From contig CAZTGF010000001.1 in the NCBI GenBank assembly GCA_964612955.1, forward strand, positions 1-47,840: 47,840 nt of DNA, written 5' to 3'. The notes below the pieces were generated by a model, which ran no database searches, was not told the origin of the DNA, and saw nothing but the letters and a program-made list of their open reading frames with translations. Shown piece after piece: positions 37,400 through 47,402 of the stretch. This stretch comes from an uncultured Flavobacterium sp. GTDB taxonomy: Bacteria > Bacteroidota > Bacteroidia > Flavobacteriales > Flavobacteriaceae. A program made the position numbers and the translations under genes. Positions within the stretch are counted from its first letter, which is position 1; every line of letters starts with the position of its first letter.

Positions 37400-38257
37400 A
37401 TGGCAAAATCCGCACTCCTGAAGTCGTCCCTGGCTAAAAAATACTGGATGGCAATTACAGGTTTATTCCTCTGTGTGTTTCTGGTGGGTCACCTTATCGG
37501 GAATTTGCAGCTTATTTTTGGCGATGCATTACAGTTTAACCAGTACGCGTTATTTATGACGACGAATCCGGCGATTAAAGTAATGTCTTACCTCACTTAC
37601 ATTTCCATTCTGTTTCACGCGGTAGACGGTATTGTGCTCGCCTACCAGAATACGAAGGCCCGTCCCGTGGGTTATGCCAAAAACAACCCGAGTGCCAACA
37701 GTACGTGGTCCTCGCGCAATATGGCGGTTCTGGGAACGTTGATTCTGATTTTTATCGTGATGCACATGGCGAACTTCTGGGCGCGTATGCACTTTGATCA
37801 GAACATTCCGCTGCAGACGACACAAATCGAGAGCATGGGCCAGACCGAGCCGTATTATCACCTGATTAACGGAAGTTATCAGCCTGTTTCTCAGGTTGGA
37901 AAATCTTATGACGAAGCGGTGAAAAGCAGTGCGCCGTTGTACCTGCAAAATCGCACAGAAATTTATGCGACGGGTCCGAAAATCAAAGTGGGCGAGACGT
38001 ACAAAGACCTTTATCGCATTACCGTTGAATTTTTCCAACATCCGGATTACGGCTTAATAGCGACGCTTTTGTATGTGTTGTCAATGATTGTTCTGGCCTT
38101 TCACCTGTGGCACGGATTCGCAAGTGCGTTTCAGAGCATGGGATGGAGCCATCCTAAATACAGTCCGCTTATCGACAAGTTCGGACAGATTTTCTCTATC
38201 GTAGTGCCGCTATTGTTTGCTGTCATTCCGGTTTATATTCATTTTTTCCTAAAATAA
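37400..38257 (+). CDS. sdhC: Succinate dehydrogenase cytochrome b558 subunit
   Basis: KYWMAITGLFL..HLIGN, FHAV, SRNM, MHM and FHLWHGFASAFQSMG. Precedes sdhA. Confidence 0.93.
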   Translation: MAKSALLKSSLAKKYWMAITGLFLCVFLVGHLIGNLQLIFGDALQFNQYALFMTTNPAIKVMSYLTYISILFHAVDGIVLAYQNTKARPVGYAKNNPSANSTWSSRNMAVLGTLILIFIVMHMANFWARMHFDQNIPLQTTQIESMGQTEPYYHLINGSYQPVSQVGKSYDEAVKSSAPLYLQNRTEIYATGPKIKVGETYKDLYRITVEFFQHPDYGLIATLLYVLSMIVLAFHLWHGFASAFQSMGWSHPKYSPLIDKFGQIFSIVVPLLFAVIPVYIHFFLK

Positions 38258-38275
38258 TCAACCCCTCATATCCTT

Positions 38276-40285
38276 ATGAAGTTAGATTCTAAAATACCTG
38301 AAGGACCATTAGCCGAAAAATGGTCTAATCATAAAAATCACTTAAGACTTGTTGCGCCTAACAACCGCCCTAAAATCGACATCATCGTCGTAGGAACCGG
38401 GTTGGCCGGAGCTTCAGCCGCAGCCTCTTTCGGAGAAATGGGCTACAACGTTAAAGCATTTTGTTTCCAGGATTCGCCCCGACGCGCGCATTCAATTGCG
38501 GCTCAGGGCGGAATCAACGCTGCAAAGAATTACCAGAACGACGGCGATAGCATATACCGCTTGTTTTACGATACCATTAAAGGTGGGGATTACCGCGCAC
38601 GTGAAGCAAACGTTCACCGTCTTGCCGAAGTTTCCGGTAACATCATCGACCAATGTGTGGCTCAGGGCGTACCATTTGCGCGTGATTACGGAGGAATGCT
38701 CGACAACCGCTCGTTTGGAGGAACTCAGGTACAACGGACGTTTTACGCTGCAGGACAGACCGGACAGCAGTTGTTACTCGGCGCATATTCAGCATTGTCC
38801 CGCCAGATTGGAATGGGTAATGTACAAATGTACAACCGCCACGAAATGCTCGACATTGTCACGGTCGATGGAAAAGCCCGCGGCATTATCGCGAGAAATC
38901 TGATCACCGGGGAACTCGAGCGTCATTCGGCTCATGCGGTGATTATTGCCACAGGCGGTTACGGAAACGTCTATTTTCTCTCTACAAACGCGATGGGAAG
39001 TAATGTTACCGCTGCCTGGAAAATCCACAAACAGGGCGCTTTGTTCGCAAACCCTTGTTATGTGCAGATTCACCCGACGTGTATTCCCGTTCACGGCACA
39101 AACCAGTCGAAACTGACGCTGATGTCCGAATCGCTGCGGAACTCAGGAAGAATATGGGTGCCGAAGAAAAAAGAAGACGCCGAGGCAATTCGCGCCGGGA
39201 AACTTAAACCGACGCAGATCGCAGAAGAAGATCGCGATTACTACCTCGAGCGCCGTTATCCTGCTTTTGGAAACCTCGTGCCACGCGATGTTGCTTCGCG
39301 GGCGGCCAAAGAACGCTGCGACGCGGGTTACGGTATCGAGGCCAACGCCACCAACGAAGGTGTATATCTGGACTTCAGCTCCGAAATTATGAGCAAAGGA
39401 CGTCAGACTGCTTTTGCACAGGGCGATCACAATCCGTCAGAAGAAAAAATTCGCGAACTCGGCCGAAAGTGGATCGAAGAAAAATACGGTAACCTGTTTC
39501 AGATGTACCAGAAGATTACGGACGAAAATCCGTATGAAACGCCAATGAAGATTTATCCGGCAGTTCATTACACGATGGGTGGCGTATGGGTAGATTATAA
39601 TCTGCAAAGCACAATTCCGGGATGTTTTGTGGCCGGAGAAGCCAATTTCTCGGACCACGGCGCAAACCGTTTGGGCGCATCGGCCCTGATGCAAGGCCTT
39701 GCAGATGGCTATTTTGTGTTGCCTTACACGGTGTCCGATTATTTGGCCGGAGAGATTCGCACAGGAACGATTTCTACGCAATCGGCGGAATTTGCCCAGG
39801 CAGAAGAACGCGTTCGCACGCAAATCGACAAATTACTGAGCAACAACGGTTCAAAATCCGTCGATCATTTCCACAAGGAACTGGGTCTGATTATGTGGAA
39901 CAAAGTAGGAATGGCCCGAAATGAACAAGGGCTGCGCGAGGCAATCAGCGAAATTGAAGCGCTCCGTTCCGAATTCCACCGCGATGTTTTTGTGCCCGGT
40001 AGTGCGGATGAACTTAATCCGGAACTCGAGAAAGCGCTCCGCGTAGCAGATTTTATGGAACTCGGCCAGCTTATGGCCCAGGACGCATTGCAGCGCAAGG
40101 AATCATGCGGCGGTCATTTCCGCGAGGAATATCAGGATGCAGAAGGTGAAACCCTGCGCGATGACGAAAATTTCAAATTCGTAGGAGCATGGGAATACCG
40201 AGGTTCAGACATTTCTCAATCGGTGATGCACAAAGAATCGCTCGATTACGAATACATTAAAATCGCAGCGCGTAACTACAAATAA
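38276..40285 (+). CDS. sdhA: Succinate dehydrogenase/fumarate reductase flavoprotein
   Basis: [20 protein letters not shown] (FAD His), QIHPT, HYTMGG, HGANRLG and ESCGGHFR. Confidence 0.97.
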   Translation: MKLDSKIPEGPLAEKWSNHKNHLRLVAPNNRPKIDIIVVGTGLAGASAAASFGEMGYNVKAFCFQDSPRRAHSIAAQGGINAAKNYQNDGDSIYRLFYDTIKGGDYRAREANVHRLAEVSGNIIDQCVAQGVPFARDYGGMLDNRSFGGTQVQRTFYAAGQTGQQLLLGAYSALSRQIGMGNVQMYNRHEMLDIVTVDGKARGIIARNLITGELERHSAHAVIIATGGYGNVYFLSTNAMGSNVTAAWKIHKQGALFANPCYVQIHPTCIPVHGTNQSKLTLMSESLRNSGRIWVPKKKEDAEAIRAGKLKPTQIAEEDRDYYLERRYPAFGNLVPRDVASRAAKERCDAGYGIEANATNEGVYLDFSSEIMSKGRQTAFAQGDHNPSEEKIRELGRKWIEEKYGNLFQMYQKITDENPYETPMKIYPAVHYTMGGVWVDYNLQSTIPGCFVAGEANFSDHGANRLGASALMQGLADGYFVLPYTVSDYLAGEIRTGTISTQSAEFAQAEERVRTQIDKLLSNNGSKSVDHFHKELGLIMWNKVGMARNEQGLREAISEIEALRSEFHRDVFVPGSADELNPELEKALRVADFMELGQLMAQDALQRKESCGGHFREEYQDAEGETLRDDENFKFVGAWEYRGSDISQSVMHKESLDYEYIKIAARNYK

Positions 40286-40305
40286 CAGTCTTCAAACTCA
40301 GCATT

Positions 40306-41064
40306 ATGGCTACTAAATATATCAAAATTGACCTGAAGATCTGGCGCCAGAAAGACGCGAAATCCAAAGGTCGCATGGAAACCTACCATCTGGACCAAGT
40401 CTCTACGGATAGTTCTTTCCTGGAAATGCTCGATCAGTTAAACGAACAGCTTGTGGCAGAACGCAAGGAACCTGTAGCTTTCGACCACGATTGCCGTGAA
40501 GGAATCTGCGGTGCCTGTTCGCTCTACATCAACGGCCGCGCGCACGGTCCGGACCGTTATATCACTACATGTCAGTTGCACATGCGCTCGTTTAAGGACG
40601 GGGAGACGATTTACGTGGAACCATGGCGTTCGCGCGCATTTCCTGTAATTAAAGATTTGGTGACCGACAGAACTTCACTCGAAAGGATTCAGCAAGCCGG
40701 CGGTTTCGTTTCGGTAAATACGTCCGGAAATACAATTGACGCTAACGCGACTCCGGTGCCAAAAGCGGATGCAGACCGGTCATTCGAAGCGGCGGCCTGT
40801 ATCGGGTGCGGAGCGTGTGTCGCTTCTTGTAAGAATGGTTCCGCGATGTTGTTCGTGGGCGCAAAAGTTTCCCAGTATGCGCTATTGCCACAGGGACGCG
40901 TTGAGGCTCATGACCGCGTACTTAATATGGTGCGACAGATGGACGAAGAGGGATTCGGAAACTGTACGAATACGGGTGCCTGCGAAGTGGAATGCCCGAA
41001 AGGAATATCGCTTGAGAACATTGCCCGTATGAACCGCGAATATTTAAAGGCAACGTTGAGCTAA
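40306..41064 (+). CDS. sdhB: Succinate dehydrogenase iron-sulfur subunit
   Basis: [22 protein letters not shown] and [12 protein letters not shown]. Confidence 0.97.
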   Translation: MATKYIKIDLKIWRQKDAKSKGRMETYHLDQVSTDSSFLEMLDQLNEQLVAERKEPVAFDHDCREGICGACSLYINGRAHGPDRYITTCQLHMRSFKDGETIYVEPWRSRAFPVIKDLVTDRTSLERIQQAGGFVSVNTSGNTIDANATPVPKADADRSFEAAACIGCGACVASCKNGSAMLFVGAKVSQYALLPQGRVEAHDRVLNMVRQMDEEGFGNCTNTGACEVECPKGISLENIARMNREYLKATLS

Positions 41065-41067
41065 TAT

Positions 41068-41097
41068 AAGCGCATCTTTCGGGATGCGTTTTTTTTT
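41068..41097 (+). terminator. Intrinsic terminator after sdhB
   Basis: GCGCATCT-TTCG-GGATGCGT followed by a long T run. Confidence 0.82.
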
Positions 41098-41107
41098 GTA
41101 ACAATAT

Positions 41108-41887
41108 ATGGGAGAACTAAGAATTGCGCTGGTTCAGGCGCCTTTGGTCTGGGAAAATCCGGCGGAGAACCGCAAGTATTTTTCGCGCGAGATCGCCAAG
41201 GTCGCCGGGAACGTGGATTTGTTTATTTTACCCGAGATGTTCACCAGCGGTTTTACAATGGTGCCTGAGCGGGTGGCCGAAGGAATGGAGGGAGAAACCG
41301 TCCGATGGATGAAATCACTCGCAAAAGAGCGGAACTGCGCAATCACGGGCAGTTTTGTTTACAAGAACCAAAGCGAAAACGCGTTTTACAATCGGCTCGT
41401 ATTTGTTACCGAGAGCGATGTTTACTACTACTACGATAAACGGCATTTGTTTACTCTGGCCGGTGAGGACGACTCGTACAAACCAGGGTTGGAGCGAATC
41501 CAATTTGAATACAGAGGGTTTCAGATTTGTCCGCTGATTTGTTACGATCTGCGATTCCCGGCATTTGCTAGAAACACTTCGGATTACGACCTGTTGCTCT
41601 ACGTTGCAAACTGGCCGATGAAGCGAATAAAAGCGTGGAACGTGCTCCTACAAGCCCGCGCCATCGAGAACATGGCGTACGTCGCTGGCGTAAATCGCGT
41701 GGGCCTAGATCCAAAGGAAAATAAATACAATGGCCATTCGCAACTGTTCGATTGCCTTGGAAACCATATCATCGAACCGTTCGGGGAGGAACGAATATCG
41801 GTGGCCACCATTTCTAAAAAATCTTTGGCAGACGCTCGGAAGAAGTATGGCTTCCTCGAGGACAGGGACGAAGTTACGGTAAAATAA
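41108..41887 (+). CDS. Carbon-nitrogen hydrolase (omega-amidase YafV/Nit-like)
   Basis: LPEMFTSGF, YDKRHLF and ICYDLRFP (E-K-C triad), plus ARAIEN. Confidence 0.92.
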   Translation: MGELRIALVQAPLVWENPAENRKYFSREIAKVAGNVDLFILPEMFTSGFTMVPERVAEGMEGETVRWMKSLAKERNCAITGSFVYKNQSENAFYNRLVFVTESDVYYYYDKRHLFTLAGEDDSYKPGLERIQFEYRGFQICPLICYDLRFPAFARNTSDYDLLLYVANWPMKRIKAWNVLLQARAIENMAYVAGVNRVGLDPKENKYNGHSQLFDCLGNHIIEPFGEERISVATISKKSLADARKKYGFLEDRDEVTVK

Positions 41888-43463
41888 ACGGCTGCTCCAC
41901 ATCCCAATTCGCGCGAACTTCTATCGCGCTCGGGTAGTAAACTACGCGTTCGGGTTGGCGTTTTTCGAGATAATTCCCTGTGTCCCAAACGCCATTTTCA
42001 TTTTCGTCGTAAATGACGCGCAATGTGTAAGTTGCAGGCGTAATCCATCGGAAATCGACCGAAGTTTCAGCAGTGGCGATGCTGTATTTGACATTGCCTT
42101 TGGCATCGGTAAGTTCTACGATATATGAAGAAGCGCGCGCATTGTCGAGTACGACTCGCAAATTCCCGTACTGAGAACTGCTTTTGGTGTCGGCGCGAAA
42201 AGTGAGCGTATCATTGACTTGTCCGTAAAAATCGGTCAGCGCTCCGGGTAAAAGCGTGATATGATACGAGGTGTCCGGGTCGCGTCCAAAATCGAGCGTC
42301 GTCGTTTGATTGTCAAGGTCTGGCTGAACCGAGAATCGCACGGAAACCGAATCCTTGGTGCTTACCGAGATCCGCGTCGTATCGGTCCGAACGATGGGCG
42401 TAGTGCTTATAAGCGAAAACGGCTCGCGCAAAGTCATCGGTCTTTTCGAATTTACGGCAACGGCCAAAGAGTCGGCGTCTTGCGGTTTGAATCTTACCCA
42501 TTGTGATCTTTCATAAGCTTGTTTTTTAGTGTTCACGAGCAAAGAGTCGGCAGTTACGGGTGGAATCCATATTCGTAACGAATCGCGTTCGGGCAATTTT
42601 GTAACGAGGGTTTGCAAACGGTTAGTGCCGTCGCTCACTTCGATTTTTGCGTCTTTAGGGCTTCCCGTGTAACCGACAATCAATTTGATTCCCGTTTCCT
42701 GAAACGGCCGCGTAACGGAAAACGGCGATTGCTCCTCAAACATTTCCAGCGCGTAGACTGTGTCGCTTGGGATTCGGAGAATGTCGTTTAAAAAACCGAT
42801 TTTTTCTGATCTGGGATCGTAGGTGTTATTGCCGTTTTTGTCGGTGATTGCCATTAACAGGTATTCGCCTTCTTTGAGGTTTTCGAGTTGCCAGTGAGCG
42901 GCTTCGAGCGTATTGGTAATATAATTCGGCGGACGTTTATAAATGACAGAATCGGTGAAAGTTTCGTTTCGTTCGTACAACATCACCGAAATAAATTCGT
43001 CGGGCACTGGTTTAAGCGCGTCCTTTACAATTCCCGATAACTGCAATGAGTCGATATAAGTTCCTGTAGAAAACACGTATTTGAATTGCGAAAGTGGGTT
43101 GCCTTCGTTGTTGTCCTGAATGCTTTGTCCGAAGTTTAAACTGTACGTAGTATCGGCCCGAAGCGTATCGTTAAATGTAATCTCGATGTAACGGCTCGCG
43201 GTGGATGGGGAAATTCGAACCGGATCGCGCATAGGCGGGGAAACGACAAGTTGCTTGTTTGCGTCTTTTAATTTTACGAATTCGTCGAATTCAATGCGCA
43301 CAGTTTTTCCCGTGAATCCCGTACTGAAATTCGCCGGAATGCTTCGGATCATGCGCGGAGCGATCGTGTCCTTAGGTCCGCCCGAAATTGAACCCCGTTT
43401 GGCACACGAAACCAACGACAACGTCAGGACGACTGAAAGTAATAGAAAATTAACCTGCCTCAC
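41874..43463 (-). CDS. Ig-like (Big_5) domain lipoprotein
   Basis: Lipobox LVSC-AKRGSISGGPKD, FDEFVKL, DNNEGN..YVFSTG and D.N.NG.WDTG..QPE. GTG start. Confidence 0.8.
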   Translation of the reverse strand: MRQVNFLLLSVVLTLSLVSCAKRGSISGGPKDTIAPRMIRSIPANFSTGFTGKTVRIEFDEFVKLKDANKQLVVSPPMRDPVRISPSTASRYIEITFNDTLRADTTYSLNFGQSIQDNNEGNPLSQFKYVFSTGTYIDSLQLSGIVKDALKPVPDEFISVMLYERNETFTDSVIYKRPPNYITNTLEAAHWQLENLKEGEYLLMAITDKNGNNTYDPRSEKIGFLNDILRIPSDTVYALEMFEEQSPFSVTRPFQETGIKLIVGYTGSPKDAKIEVSDGTNRLQTLVTKLPERDSLRIWIPPVTADSLLVNTKKQAYERSQWVRFKPQDADSLAVAVNSKRPMTLREPFSLISTTPIVRTDTTRISVSTKDSVSVRFSVQPDLDNQTTTLDFGRDPDTSYHITLLPGALTDFYGQVNDTLTFRADTKSSSQYGNLRVVLDNARASSYIVELTDAKGNVKYSIATAETSVDFRWITPATYTLRVIYDENENGVWDTGNYLEKRQPERVVYYPSAIEVRANWDVEQPFILP

Positions 43464-43517
43464 AACTCGAATTTAAATACAAAATAACAACTATTTTTCG
43501 TTACCCTGTCGTTTTTA

Positions 43518-44201
43518 TCAGGATTGGGAAAACGCAATGCACAACACGCTCACTCTAGTGTCGGGAACCGCCAAAACAGCGCGCGCACAGGCTTCGAGCG
43601 TTGCGCCCGTGGTAAGAACATCGTCGATAAGCAAAATGTGTTTTCCTGCGTGTTGATCCGGATTCCGGACCGAAAACAGTGTTTTTTGCAGTTCCCCGCG
43701 CGTCCATCGGTTTTTCCGGCTCTGGCTTTTAGAGTAAAAATTTCGCTGAAGTAACCCGGGATTCACCGGCAAATTCAGATCGCTCGAAAAAGTATGTGCA
43801 AAACGGTGGAGTTGGTTGTAACCGCGCTCCCGTAGTCTCCGTTTATGGAGCGGAACGATAGCAATTTCGTCCGGTTTCCACTGTTGGACATGCGGTTCAA
43901 ATTCGCTGGCGAGCCAATGTCCGAGCGCTGTGCCGATTTGTTCACAACCTTTGTATTTCAGGCTGTGGATCAGCGACTGTGCGATGCCGTCTTTGTGGAA
44001 ATAGAAGAATGTTGCCGCATTTTCAACGGGGACGCGGCCGTAAAACTTTCCCCAGGCTTCGTTCTGAGGTTGTGAAAAATGCGACGTTCTCGGAATTTCG
44101 TGTCTGCAGCGCGAGCAAATGACGAATTCGCCGGTTTTGACAGGAGCCCGGCAACCGGGACAAATCTCAGGAAAGAAGAGGTTAATCAAGGCGTGTAACA
44201 T
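43518..44201 (-). CDS. comF: ComF family protein (double zinc ribbon plus PRTase-like)
   Basis: CPGC..CSRC, LKY, VPLH..RERGYNQ and LLIDDVLTTGAT. Confidence 0.9.
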   Translation of the reverse strand: MLHALINLFFPEICPGCRAPVKTGEFVICSRCRHEIPRTSHFSQPQNEAWGKFYGRVPVENAATFFYFHKDGIAQSLIHSLKYKGCEQIGTALGHWLASEFEPHVQQWKPDEIAIVPLHKRRLRERGYNQLHRFAHTFSSDLNLPVNPGLLQRNFYSKSQSRKNRWTRGELQKTLFSVRNPDQHAGKHILLIDDVLTTGATLEACARAVLAVPDTRVSVLCIAFSQS

Positions 44202-44319
44202 GGCTAAATGGCGTTTATAACCTAAAGATACTCAAAACGGCTTTAATCGGGCTAAAAATTTTTTGCCCCGCTTATAAATTTCTACTTTCGCACTTGCAAT
44301 TCTAATTTCCGAAACAGCC

Positions 44320-45864
44320 ATGGCAAAGCAGGACGATGTGTTTAAAAATGTGATTTCCCACGCTAAGGAATACGGTTTCATTTTTCCTTCGAGCGAGGTA
44401 TATGACGGGCTCAGCGCCGTGTACGATTACGGACAGAACGGAACTGAACTCAAGAAGAATATCCGCGAATATTGGTGGCGCGCCATGGTGCAGCTTCACG
44501 AGAACATTGTGGGAATCGACGCTGCTATCTTAATGCATCCGACAACATGGAAAGCTTCGGGTCATGTCGATGCATTTAACGATCCGCTCATCGACAACAA
44601 AGATTCAAAAAAGCGTTATAGGGCCGATGTTCTCATCGAGGATTATTGCGAAAAAATAAATCAAAAGGCGCAAAAGGAAATTGACAAAGCCGCAGCTCGT
44701 TTTGGCGAAGCGTTCGATCAGCAGCAATTCGAGGCAACGAACCCGCGCGTGGTTGAATATCGGACCAGACAAAAACAGATATTGGGTCGCATGGCGAATT
44801 CGCTCGACACTAACGATCTTGCCGATGTAAAAGCACTAATTGAGGAATTGGGCATTGCCGATCCTGAAACTGGTTCAAAAAACTGGACCGAAGTGCGACA
44901 GTTTAATCTGATGTTCGGGACCAAACTGGGCGCTTCGGCTGATTCTGCGATGGATTTGTACCTTCGTCCCGAAACGGCTCAGGGAATATTTGTGAATTTT
45001 CTGAATGTGCAAAAATCGGGCAGGATGAAAGTGCCGTTTGGGATTGCACAAACCGGAAAAGCGTTCAGAAACGAGATCGTGGCGCGTCAGTTTATTTTCC
45101 GCATGCGCGAATTCGAACAAATGGAGATGCAGTTTTTCGTGCGTCCAGGCGAAGAGATGAAATGGTATGAATACTGGAAACAAACGCGTTTGAAGTGGCA
45201 TTTGTCGCTTGGATTAGGACGCGAAAATTACCGTTTCCACGACCATGAAAAGCTCGCGCACTACGCCAATGCCGCTGCCGATATCGAGTTTAATTTTCCG
45301 TTCGGCTTCAAGGAACTTGAGGGCATTCACTCGCGTACCGATTTCGATCTGAAAGCGCACGAATCGTTCTCTGGCCGTAAACTGCAGTATTTCGATGCTG
45401 AGTTAAACCAGAATTTCACCCCTTATGTTGTTGAAACCTCGGTAGGTCTGGACCGATTGTTTCTCGCGGTTTTTGCGACATCGTTGCAGCAGGAAACGCT
45501 CGAAGACGGCTCCGAGCGCACCGTACTTAAATTACCGGCGGTTCTGGCTCCCGTAAAAGCTGCCGTACTTCCGCTGATTAAACGCGACGGGCTGCCCGAA
45601 CTGTCGCAGCAAATTGTAGATGCGCTTAAATGGGATTTTAATGTAGCTTACGACGAAAAAGATGCCGTGGGCAGACGTTATCGCCGACAAGACGCGCTGG
45701 GAACCCCGTTTTGCATTACCGTTGACCATCAATCTCTCGAAGATAAAACCGTTACTATCAGGCATCGGGATTCGATGAAGCAGGACCGTGTGGCCATTTC
45801 CGAATTGGAGCAGATCATTGGGGCTGCGACTGGAATGAATCAATGGTTGCGAAAGCTCGTTTAA
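44320..45864 (+). CDS. glyQS: Glycine--tRNA ligase (homodimeric type)
   Basis: YDYG, WKASGH, FNLMF, YLRPETAQGIF, GKAFRNE, RMREFEQME, LAHYA and GRRYRRQD. Confidence 0.97.
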   Translation: MAKQDDVFKNVISHAKEYGFIFPSSEVYDGLSAVYDYGQNGTELKKNIREYWWRAMVQLHENIVGIDAAILMHPTTWKASGHVDAFNDPLIDNKDSKKRYRADVLIEDYCEKINQKAQKEIDKAAARFGEAFDQQQFEATNPRVVEYRTRQKQILGRMANSLDTNDLADVKALIEELGIADPETGSKNWTEVRQFNLMFGTKLGASADSAMDLYLRPETAQGIFVNFLNVQKSGRMKVPFGIAQTGKAFRNEIVARQFIFRMREFEQMEMQFFVRPGEEMKWYEYWKQTRLKWHLSLGLGRENYRFHDHEKLAHYANAAADIEFNFPFGFKELEGIHSRTDFDLKAHESFSGRKLQYFDAELNQNFTPYVVETSVGLDRLFLAVFATSLQQETLEDGSERTVLKLPAVLAPVKAAVLPLIKRDGLPELSQQIVDALKWDFNVAYDEKDAVGRRYRRQDALGTPFCITVDHQSLEDKTVTIRHRDSMKQDRVAISELEQIIGAATGMNQWLRKLV

Positions 45865-46751
45865 GGCCGGCGCTTTTGTTCGATCAATAATTTCACGCTT
45901 TTCCCGAAACTTCCCGGATCAGGCGGGCTTATCGCTCCGAATTTTGGTACTTCAACGCCGCGCGATGGCACCACTTCGTCGAGCAAAATCATCAGTTTTT
46001 CTCGATTTGGCGCTGCCCGCATCAAAGCCATCCATACTGTCAATTGGGATTCCAGATTTTTATTGCCCATTTTTGGATGTTTGCCATAACGGCGTTTTGG
46101 CGGCTGATGGCGAAGTTCCGTTTGCAGTTTGTCCGATGTCCGGTTGAAATACAATTCGAAGAACAACGGTGCGATGCTGTTCGGCTTTTGAGCCAGATCG
46201 GACCACTGCCATGCCCCGATGCGCAAAATTTCGGCCCAGAATGCGATGGGAAAGTTAAGAATCCATTTACACACATCGTCTTGTATTACCTGTGAAAAAT
46301 AGGCCGAAAACCGCTCTATCTGACGGATTTTATATTGGTACAACCCACATGAATCTTCAACTTCATCTTTTAACGCGTGGACATCGTCAAATGCGAGGAT
46401 GCGCAAGGCTGTTTTGTAATGTTTGAGCTCGATCACAGAGAGCAGGCCGAGCTCGTTTGCCTTGGATATAAACTCGGCAACTCGGTAAACGGTGTCTGTG
46501 CCGTAAGTTTCTATTCTCAAGCCGCGGGTTGTGGTTACGGGTGTGGCGAGTTGTTCGGTTAGCGCAACGTCTGACAATCCGAAACGTTCAAAAGACATAA
46601 TAAATTCTGCAAGCCATTTTGGATCGTGAGTGCTTCCGAATAATTTGTAGATGCTTTTGAGCGTAATTCCGCACGAGAGATCACTAAATACGACGCCCTG
46701 CAATGTGGGTTCCTTTGATAGTGGCCGGGGCCCCAGAAATAGGGTTTTCAT
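45861..46751 (-). CDS. Divergent P63C-domain protein
   Basis: KW..NFP..FW.EI.RI..W.W, ELYFNR..L..ELR...P and L...L....ALMRAA......LLDE..P track the P63C consensus as recalled; EVEDSCGL matches the LVDEATGY position. Confidence 0.65.
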   Translation of the reverse strand: MKTLFLGPRPLSKEPTLQGVVFSDLSCGITLKSIYKLFGSTHDPKWLAEFIMSFERFGLSDVALTEQLATPVTTTRGLRIETYGTDTVYRVAEFISKANELGLLSVIELKHYKTALRILAFDDVHALKDEVEDSCGLYQYKIRQIERFSAYFSQVIQDDVCKWILNFPIAFWAEILRIGAWQWSDLAQKPNSIAPLFFELYFNRTSDKLQTELRHQPPKRRYGKHPKMGNKNLESQLTVWMALMRAAPNREKLMILLDEVVPSRGVEVPKFGAISPPDPGSFGKSVKLLIEQKRRP

Positions 46752-47176
46752 GTGTGAAAATGTTGAAGCCAGTCAGTGAGGCTCTGATTAGGGCGATGCG
46801 GTATGTGCGGCTGGATTTCTTTTAGGAGGCGCAGTACTTTCCGGGAAGATTTTAACGGCAGGTCCAGCGTTTCGGAGAGTTTCCGATTCGAAAGCGCGGG
46901 TGTCATATATAGTAAGAACATCGCGCCGAACCACTTTTGGAGCGGGATTTTGGATCCGTGGAATACGGTGCCCGTTTTGGCGTTAAAATAGCGACCCGTG
47001 TCTCTGCATCGGAATCTTGCATTTTTGCAAGCGTACACCTGACCGAATGGAGAAAATGGACTTTCGACGTTTTGGGGCCAGCGCACGCTTATCAGGAAAT
47101 TAGTGCACGCTTCTTCTGAATTGAAAGCGGATTTAAACTCTGCCATCGAGCTATAGTGTTGAAAATCTAATAACAA
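46748..47176 (-). mobile_element. IS1595-family transposase derivative: N-terminal zinc-ribbon/HTH only, DDE domain absent
   Basis: F..EEAC..FL..VRW...V.SPF....VY.C....FRC.DTGRYFNAKTGTVF..SKIPL.KWF.A..L, then an HTH. The ORF stops at 142 aa before the catalytic domain. TTG start. Confidence 0.8.
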
Positions 47177-47197
47177 ACTTCAATTTTTTACGTTATA

Positions 47198-47205
47198 CAA
47201 ATCTA
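47198..47205 (-). promoter_or_regulatory. -7 promoter element (TAGATTTG) for the IS1595-derived/P63C pair
   Basis: Exact TAnnTTTG 21 nt upstream of the start codon. Confidence 0.55.
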
Positions 47206-47402
47206 CTTTAAAATTGTGTAATTTTCGACCAAATGCACGCTGATTCTGAATTTAGGTATTCAATTATCGGAAATAATAGTTTTTGACCGAATAATGAGTG
47301 GATCGCGCGCTATGTCGCCTTGACCACGACAAATGTTTGAGCGAATGCAATAAATTAGCCACACCCCTTTTCTGCTTGCTATACTGGTGTTGTCAAACAA
47401 AC

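Noticed and set aside
43518-44201. comF as evidence of a competence locus
   Set aside because: ComF homologs are widespread, and no other DNA uptake genes are in the window.
44320-45864. Eukaryote-like GlyRS (and long PurF at 23389-25287) as horizontal acquisitions
   Set aside because: Homodimeric GlyRS and the long PurF form are normal for Bacteroidota.
45861-47402. Intact, active IS1595 element
   Set aside because: There is no DDE domain, no terminal inverted repeats or target duplication could be identified, and the downstream end overlaps the glyQS stop codon.
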